Source: Perkinsela sp. CCAP 1560/9 (Eukaryota > Protista > Euglenozoa: Kinetoplastea). From it: a stretch of 64,000 nucleotides of DNA. The notes beneath the pieces are model-generated. The model was given only the letters and a program-made list of their open reading frames with translations, had not been told where the DNA came from and did no database searches. The DNA lies in the NCBI GenBank assembly GCA_965644495.1, contig CBFFSA010000045.1, forward strand, positions 3,160 through 67,159, in the 5' to 3' direction. Below are positions 57,621 to 64,000 of this stretch, in pieces (within the stretch, counting starts at the first letter, position 1; each line of letters opens with the position of its first letter). A program made the position numbers and the translations under genes.

Positions 57621-57860
57621 TCTGAATTTCCTTTCACTTACAACCTCTATTCGATTTGATAAAATTCCCCGTCATCTACGTTGATATCATCTCATGATCT
57701 AAGTTGATATTAACTTATTTCAGATAAAGAGCTCACGGAGAGTATTGCTGCTGTTAATGTCTGTACTTTTCTCAATATGCTTTACAATAGGAGGAACCAA
57801 GGAGTGAATTTTGTTTGTTTGGAGTGAATTTTGCTTGTTTTAATAGTTTACTCATTATTC
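53993..57860 (+). mobile_element. Full-ORF CRE family B-related element with an N-terminal LsmAD-like domain
   Basis: SL relic at 53993-54009; ATG at 54048; intact ORF to 57620; 3' boundary approximate. Confidence 0.85.
54048..57620 (+). CDS. CRE polyprotein (1190 aa): LsmAD-like domain, RT, Zn motif, RLE endonuclease
   Basis: WDQFEAN...STYDDLMYTT...DEETAFASVRR; IRPIAIGE, DYKNAYN, RQGSALS, AYMDD, CPGC..H...C, GPD...YDVTVVH. Confidence 0.88.
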   Translation: MSEPPPRAAQGTPSHQQQNTAAVRSTGVKEHNLNFTEQANRHEIGSWDQFEANKKLIQDASTYDDLMYTTPIPQHIPLNWQKKMEHKAQSIEKNPTSDHGRHNTKDEETAFASVRRNEILRRSQTGESSLKIKIRKETRLKKTPKKVKVILRSSDLTKANLGQADMSHDEGSESSSASGSDISEDDRVAEVAEETMKAPDQILKIINDWGKGTTCELHWKFRHSSEIYQSIGEVVTRHSRKGAIRVKISYTPQHQPGPSGFLYLPASHKINIFRLRVVKLNRIVTQTPFLDIEETQDCDTGCDLEPLPPLAHIDPTFAAHVIAIFRSILRGYPTLKLITEKTSVWHKFLNAPRDSLTTVRQAIQRKYHVPNKLRNEEPAFSSPDEKLEREVDRRSIRSALRTARAGNLSKATRILDNVYFDSNLSVEEKVAELKSLHPDGERPQAQTDADPRTGIIEKHELRAAIEKLAPGASPGPTGLSEAMLRLLADDEESSTALCHMLRDVVNGEIASSVRDRLTRCRLMAINKPQNGIRPIAIGETLLKVCGSILLNRNEEKLKKFFQPVQRGILQKNACEGIVHEVLDEYDKGHAILAIDYKNAYNTPTRQAIFEALKKDGIFKPFMRIFNLEYGDSSDLLFFANNSLHSIVKSTSGVRQGSALSSLYFCALIQDSLKEIEESFPDVTVRAYMDDITLSSTNPLSLQTAFLHLHESSRLLGLEMNFQKCEWFKKTDTPWTPQTLQAMGVACPQETVKILGAYIGQDEMVSECLKKKMDKHKCLFRRLRLMGPSNLSLAILNRCAIPRQDYHLRVHKPEASLEIAQQFDAEVGSIIQHWFNATGPTAKLATLPQYLGGLGLTPSCLKQKHFFQASRKAIEEQSKTNNAPVVIAGSKRNRALNERDSQKNDTSKRLVMKAIRSEQKRFATELRKDMRLKELMERGSATFHHLQSTSNYINPYLFRFCIMMRLGIVPENMPKSVVCPGCLTEYSSDTIFQHIPGCTQCCGINATKKHTRLVRFLGELCAKAGVPHVIEPRVHSSFFCTKCKATISEELSEHHPCRARRMRSGPDLGIMWSHLGEILYDVTVVHSCAPSYAKTSVEQLIQNALERKHKKYVVQGGIPKESFSCLAMTELGQLHNNTKTLIVSLAQRSQQNVKDVKEAFQLEIEKMNAYTIATQLRQYFPPIQWLGGLEH

Positions 57861-58683
57861 ATTCTTTATATTCTTGGTAGGTGTTCTTTATAAAAAGTGT
57901 GTTCTTTATAAAAAGTGTGTTCTTAAGCTTGTGAATTTTATTAAGCAAAGAATGTAAAGTCACTGGAGGCAGTAGTTTTGTTCGCTCCCGCCCACCTCCC
58001 CACGCCGTGTGCCGGCGAACACCCACTCGTAAGTCAGGAAGTACTGCCGGGCCATCTCCTAAAGGTCCTCGCCGGTGTTCTCGGTACGTGGCAGCCTCGA
58101 GAAGAGAAATGAAACTTCTGAGAATAGCGTCAGGATCCTGCTGATTGTTGTTGTTATTGTTCATGATGAAAAGCAGAACTGAGTAAAAAGGAAGCGCTGA
58201 GACTTTTATCTGCTTTGATGGTGGTGGTTTAAGTTTTCTCTCGTGTTTTGACCCCGAGTGTGGGCTAGATTTGATTCGAATAGCTTCTTGTGTCTGACTT
58301 GAATTGGGAGAAGCTCTGGGTCGCAGCTGCATTCCGTTTGAAAGCTTCTTTATGACTGGAGGTTCCTGCGTTTTAGAGGCTGTCACACTGGAATACTTGT
58401 CCTCTTCGTCTCGATGCTTATCGTGTCCTTGATCCGGCGTTGTGTCTACACCTATCTCTTCCACGACGCGTGTTAGTTTCTCGTTCCACTCTTTCGATGT
58501 GTGTGCGGGTATGCCTGTTGTATAAAGCAAATCGTTGTATGTACTTGGCTTGTTGTTCGTGAGTTTTTCGTTAGCGGCAAATTGGTTCCATGATCCGAGT
58601 TCATGCCTGTTAGCTTCTCTGGTGAAATCAACATTCTGGTCTTCGTAGTCGCGTTCTCTGCAGGTGAATTGACGCGTGAACAT
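57859..58683 (-). pseudogene. 5' fragment of an SL-led ORF with an LsmAD-like domain, fused to unrelated sequence below ~58200
   Basis: SL relic at 58716-58732 (-); ATG at 58683; WNQFAANEKL...STYNDLLYTT...DEEDKYSSV. Confidence 0.7.
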
Positions 58684-59413
58684 TCGGTTTTTGAATAGAA
58701 TAGATATAATGAAATCAACAAGGTACAGAAACAACGGCTAGGGGGGACCTTCGATGAATCTTCGTCGAAGGTGTTTTTGACTTTTTTTGACTTTTTTTCT
58801 GTATTGTTAGATAACGTCCCGCCCACCCACCGGCCCCCGCGCCGGCCAGGCGCGATGCCCTATCGTATAGTTTTGATTTTTTTTAAGACCCTTTCTTTTG
58901 TTAAGACTTTTTTTGACTTTTTTAACTTTTTGTTTTTGAACGAATTTTTCCATTGGCTGTTGAAAACACGTTGCATGAAACATATAATTTCATTTTAATT
59001 TCAATAATTTTTTGTTTTTTTGTCTGAATTCTGACTTTCCGTTTTCTTTCACATTTTGGCTTGGGGGTACGTTCGTTGATTTCTCAACGAACGTACCCTG
59101 TGACCGTAAAAAATCTGCAGGACCTTAGAGGGAGGAGGAAGAAAGGCCCAACTGATAACTACTTGATAATCTTGACCAACTACCTTGATAACAAATTTTA
59201 GTACCCATTCGTGGGAAGCAATTTGCGAAGCCCAACTACCTTGATAACAAATTTTAGTACCCATTTTGGCCGCGCGGGGGCCCCCGCGTGAGCGGGGGTG
59301 CGCGCGGCCGCGAAACGGCGAGGGCCCGCGTGAGCGGGCCTGAGCCGTACCCCGCGTAGGGTTCCCCTGTGCGTCGTTAGTGGGAAGCAATTTGCGAAGC
59401 TCACTGAATTTCG

Positions 59414-60950
59414 TTCTTTCGGTTCTCCCCTATACAGCGCACATGTTGGTATTTGCTTATAACCATCCCACAACGGCGTCCCTGTCGCTATTCTGCGCAT
59501 CTTATTGACTTCTGTGTCAAGTATCTTTAATTCTACACCTGTCGGAATCAAAGAGGCTAAACCGTTACCTTAGGTAATGCAAATAAGGCGCCCCTTGACC
59601 AAAAAAAAAACCACTCTATCTTTTGAGGGTGGATATAAAAAAAAACACATCACACATTCCAAAAATTTGACCGAATGGCACCCACCCTAGTTTCTTAGTA
59701 CCTTGTTATATATTCGGTACCGGGCGGTGCCACCCATTCTGCATTGTCGGAAAGTCCATCATAATGACCCAGTTGATATGCGCGACGGTAATTGTGCCAG
59801 AAATTCCATGTATGCTCGGAGTGTACGTGTACTATGAAAGATACTTCTCTTGACCAGTTGATAATGCCAATAAGAAAGTTGAAAGCTCTGCCCGTATTGG
59901 TGTTGCGTTAATAGAGTCCAACGTTTTGTCGTTAGTCGCTAGAATCTCGTTTCCTTCGAAGGCTACAGCACATGCCCCTGCGAATATATTGTTCGAAAGC
60001 TTTCTCACTGAACCATCACAATATATATGAAGCAAGTTGTTATGGGGCCAAAGTGTCTCACCCTCCTCTTGAAACTGCAATGCGTGCCATTTTTCCAGAG
60101 AGTTTTGATTCGATTGCAGAATCTTTGCAACTTCTGCTATTCTTTTAGTTGAATCAAAAGGATTATAATAGGCGATAGGTTCTAGTCGTTGGTACAAATT
60201 CTGAATAAGATTACGCCAAGAACATCGATCAAGTGCCCGTTCGTGCATTTCTATTGGATCTATTGCTAGATCCTGGGCACAAGCTTCAGACAATGAGCGT
60301 ATGCGTGCCTCTTCCCTTATGTTCCATAATGCAACATTCGCAAAAGGGGAATCATGCCGCAAAAGAAAGTCGCAACATATGTGGACTCCAATTTAATTCC
60401 GCGCGAGCAATTCGTATGCCTACCGCTTTTGACAGGTGGTGCCATGAACAAGAGCACTATAAATTTCCTCCATAGCCTCGCGGATGCAAACGGATTCGAA
60501 CGCCGTCATATTCTTGAGGACTTCAAGTTGCTTCTTCAAGAATTGAACGGAGCTCTCCTGGCTTCGCAACTGCGAAAGACAATGCAATAAAACAGGTCAT
60601 CTCATATTACAAGATGTTATTATTACAAGATTTTATCATTACTAAGATCACTATCAGATTACAACCAAACATTAAATGGCATTTTCCATACTTCATCTCA
60701 TGGTCTTAGCAAAAGGTGTCCAACTAGTTTAGCGCGGTTGACTCTCAGGAGCGTTGAAACTTTCGGTTCTCCCCTATACAGCGCACATGTTGGTATTTGC
60801 TTATAACCATCCCACAACGGCGTCCCTGTCGCTATTCTGCGCATCTTATTGACTTCTGTGTCAAGTATCTTTAATTCTACACCTGTCGGAATCAAAGAGG
60901 CTAAACCGTACGACAAAACTGATGTTACAAGAGCATTAAATATTCTCAGG
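59414..60950 (-). pseudogene. Rearranged ingi/RTE-like fragments (RT thumb + partial RNase H)
   Basis: IFNALVTSVLSYG, LVGHLL, LSEACA, YCDGS, IRAEL; ~59414-59565 duplicates ~60760-60910. Confidence 0.75.
60357..60700 (+). mobile_element. Short 3' end of a CRE-like element inserted into the ingi-like fragment
   Basis: K..TY...F..L...GG...ELNGALLASQLR resembles the family B C-terminus; TCATG on both sides; the host reading frame (GHLLLR / HDSPF) is split here. Confidence 0.6.
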
Positions 60951-61710
60951 CTCTTACAAACAGACTTCCAAAAGACACGCCCCACAGCTACACCCTTCAT
61001 ATTCATCCCGAGGTTAACGCCAACCAGTGCCTCGAGGTCCAACCGAGCAGAATGGGATTTTTGGCGCTCAAGATTAGAACACGAGAGATGGAGGATATTA
61101 ACTCCGCACTGAGATCGCGCACTGAGGACTTGTGTCTGCCACTTCCGCAGGTTTGTGTATTTGTAAGTTATGATTTTATCTTTGTAAACTTATGAGGCAA
61201 TAGTTTTAAGAATCCTTCCGCTTTTTGATAACTTTTCGGATTTCTTTTTGTCTTATGGATCAAGGTAGCAGCCAGGAGCATGATGCAGACCGAAACGAGC
61301 TTTTTTTTTACAAAAAAAAATTGTGTTTTCATTCATCGAACGGGACATCCTGTTCGATGAATGATTCATCGAACGGGTCGTACTGCAATCCATTCATCGA
61401 ACAGGATGTCCTGTTCGATGAATATTCATCGAACGGACAGTGCGTTCGATGAATATTCATCGAGTGCCCCCCCTCCCCATGTTCTCATAATCGGTTTCGT
61501 CAACTTCCGGATGAGTAATCTTCGCGCTCACGGAAAGCTAAGAGAAACGTGAGGACTAGTCTGCGTCCTCCCGCAAGTTGTGATGTAAAGTCGATAAGAA
61601 GTTGATGTGCGAGATGAACTTATCGAGTCACGTAAAAAAAAAAGACTTTGTATTAAGTTCGGTTCTCATTTCGTCGCAATATACATATGGTATATATAAA
61701 AAAAAAAAAA

Positions 61711-63231
61711 CTTCACAGCGTTAAGCCAAAGAAGACAGCAAGAGTAAGAGTAGCCACACACACGGATCCCACGTTATCTCCGAACTGGGCTGATCAAGGC
61801 GTACATGAGAATCCTCCTGTTGACCCTCACAATTCCAATATTATTAAGCTAAAAGGGATAAAATATAATCAGATTGGTAGGGGGCACTGTGATTCCGAGG
61901 TTGAAGCTTCGGAACAAGATATGTCGTCCGAGACTGATTCCGAGCCGTTCTCTTTGAAAGAAGGTAGTGGCATTGATATCGACGACGCGGAAAACTCTCA
62001 GGATTCAGATATCATGTCTTTGGACGAAAGAGATGAACAAACCAACTTTGCCAAAGCTCCTGATCGAGTATACAACATTGTGTCAGAATGGGGAAAAGGC
62101 ACGACGTGCGAAATTCAATGGAGCTTCCGACGCAACGATACAAAATTCCACTCCATAGGCGAGGTTGTGAAAAGAACGTCCCGGCGAGAAAAAGTAAAGA
62201 TCCAAATTGCGTATAAACCGGAAGATGGACAGGAAGGAACGTCGGGAATACTTTATCTTCCACAGTCGGAAAAAATTCGGATCTGGTCTCTCCACGCCCT
62301 GCAAGAAAACAAGGTTTCAGTGTCAAACATGTTCAAAGTTGAAGTGGAAGAAACATGCCCTGAGAGCGACCTAAAATTGGACCTTGATCCGCTTCCACAA
62401 ATGGCTCAAATTGACCCATCTTTCGCTGTTCATGTCGTTGCAATCTTTCGCTCCATCGTACGCGAATATCCCAAGACACAAATGGAGTCCGAGAAAACAG
62501 CGATTTGGCATAAGCTCTTAAATGCTCCGCGTGATTCTTTGGCGACGGTTCGTCAAAAGATACAGAGAAGTCAAAGTAGCGTAAGAAGAGTCAAGCGAAA
62601 GGAATTGGTGCCGGATGAAGAATCTCTCAGTGAAGAGCAACGTCTGGAGTTGGAAATAGATCGCCGCTCCATAAGAAATGCACTTCAAACTGCGAAGGCA
62701 GGGAATGTAGGAAAGGCCACACGTGTGCTAGACAATGTATATCGAGATTCTTCTTTACAGCCAGGAGAGAAAGCGTCAAAGCTGAAAGAGCTCCACCCGA
62801 CAGGTCCATCACCTCAGTTTCTAGAAGGCGATTTTCCGCGAACAGCTATTGTTGAGCCGTCTGAACTGCGCCTTGCAACGGAGAAACTGTCGAAGGGAGC
62901 TTCACCTGGACCGACGGGTTTTAGTGAGAGTATGATGCGACTTTTGATCGACGATGAAGAGGCGTGCCTAGCACTCTGTCACATGTTTCGAGATGTCATA
63001 AATGGAGATGTGACTGAGACCGTCCGAGATCGCTTAACCCGGTGTCGAATTATAGCTCTTGCTAAACCAAACAATGGCATCCGACCTGTGGCCATGGGGG
63101 ATACAATTCTCAAAATTTGCGGATCAATCCTCTTGGAAAGACATGGAAGCACACTGAAACCCCTTTTTCAACCATTGCAGCGAGGCATACTGCAGCAGAA
63201 TGCATGTGAATCCATAGTGCACGAGCTCTAA
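61711..63231 (+). pseudogene. CRE family B copy truncated at both ends (N-terminal domain to start of RT)
   Basis: Clear homology to 47027-50515; stops at CESIVHEL, before the catalytic motifs; begins after an A-tract. Confidence 0.85.
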
Positions 63232-63650
63232 TAGTCCACGTTTTGAAATTTAGCCGAGGGGCTGTTATGTATTTGCCTGCTGGCCCTTCGGGGCACATAG
63301 TTTCTTCGAATTATGATTTGTATTCAGAATTTTACATGGGATGGGTATTTACTATTATCTTATATATCCTTGTTAGGTTGTTATTTTACTTCGCTTTAAG
63401 TTTTTGCGGCAGGTTGGCCGAGGGTTCCGGTGGGAGGGAATCCCGTTAACAACGTGACACATGATTATTGGTTTTATGCAGGCTTTCTTTTGAACTATGT
63501 TTGTGCATGTGAATTCTATCTATATATCGTATTATGTGTTCTTTGATTTTGGGACGATTTGGAAGTGTGATTATATTAGTCATAGGTATTTACTTATATT
63601 TGTTTGTTACTTATTTCATTTTCCGTGCGTTCAGTATCCTACACTTCGCT

Positions 63651-63967
63651 ATATACGTTGACAACGCCTGCGTAGCGAAAACTACGAAATTCAGTGAGCT
63701 TCGCAAATTGCTTCCCACTAACGACGCACAGGGGAACCCTACGCGGGGTACGGCTCAGGCCCGCTCACGCGGGCCCTCGCCGTTTCGCGGCCGCGCGCAC
63801 CCCCGCTCACGCGGGGGCCCCCGCGCGGCCAAAATGGGTACTAAAATTTGTTATCAAGGTAGTTGGGCTTCGCAAATTGCTTCCCACGAATGGGTACTAA
63901 AATTTGTTATCAAGGTAGTTGGTCAAGATTATCAAGTAGTTATCAGTTGGGCCTTTCTTCCTCCTCC
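63651..63967. repeat. GC-rich double-hairpin module, inverted copy
   Basis: Reverse complement of 9290-9530 and 59131-59414. Confidence 0.85.
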
Positions 63968-63972
63968 GTGGA

Positions 63973-63988
63973 TTTCTGTACCTTGTTG
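63973..63988 (+). other. Partial spliced-leader relic
   Basis: TTTCTGTACCTTGTTG; downstream context is cut by the window edge. Confidence 0.7.
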
Positions 63989-64000
63989 TTTCGGGTAGGG

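Larger units (their letters stand above)
58741..61473. mobile_element. Possible second TIR-bounded pack element related to the Merlin-like family
   Basis: Left end GGGGGGACCTTCGATGAAT versus right-end reverse complement GGGGGGCACTCGATGAAT; TTCATCGAAC motif cluster at 61330-61465; shares cargo with 8695-9993; no TSD found. Confidence 0.4.

Noticed and set aside
61641-61657. Partial reverse-complement match to the 18-bp repeat (TTTGTATTAAG)
   Set aside because: An 11-nt AT-rich match can occur by chance

Overview
Eukaryotic, gene-poor window, most likely a chromosome end or subtelomere of a euglenozoan (kinetoplastid-like) protist. The host assignment is inferred from a 39-nt spliced-leader-like sequence, AATCTTTAACGATAAAGATACAGTTTCTGTACCTTGTTG. 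Positions 1-17115 are a near-perfect 18-bp tandem array (AATACAAAAAGTGGTCTT) that degenerates only at its inner edge. It is interrupted by two identical 1299-bp non-autonomous TIR elements (GG...CC ends, 8-bp TSD, Merlin-like) and a 342-bp AT-rich insert. The rest is a mostly plus-strand chain of mobile DNA: two families of CRE/SLACS-clade non-LTR elements (RT, Zn motif, restriction-like endonuclease), ingi/RTE-like RNase H-bearing 3' fragments, a TATE/VIPER-like tyrosine-recombinase element, a ~177-182-bp satellite, and a 22-copy, 748-bp tandem array of RNase H domains with intact catalytic residues. Four observations stand out. (1) Three diverged SL-led ORFs carry an N-terminal Ataxin-2/Pbp1 LsmAD-like domain; two of them are in different CRE families. 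(2) Retroelement copies start with spliced-leader relics that are not followed by GT and are joined head-to-tail. (3) The 18-bp repeat is a candidate non-TTAGGG telomere and abuts a structured, polyadenylated non-coding segment. (4) The RNase H repeat unit was built by an inverted template switch. No ordinary host genes, rRNA, tRNA or CRISPR were found. All family assignments come from motif recognition by eye, not from database searches.
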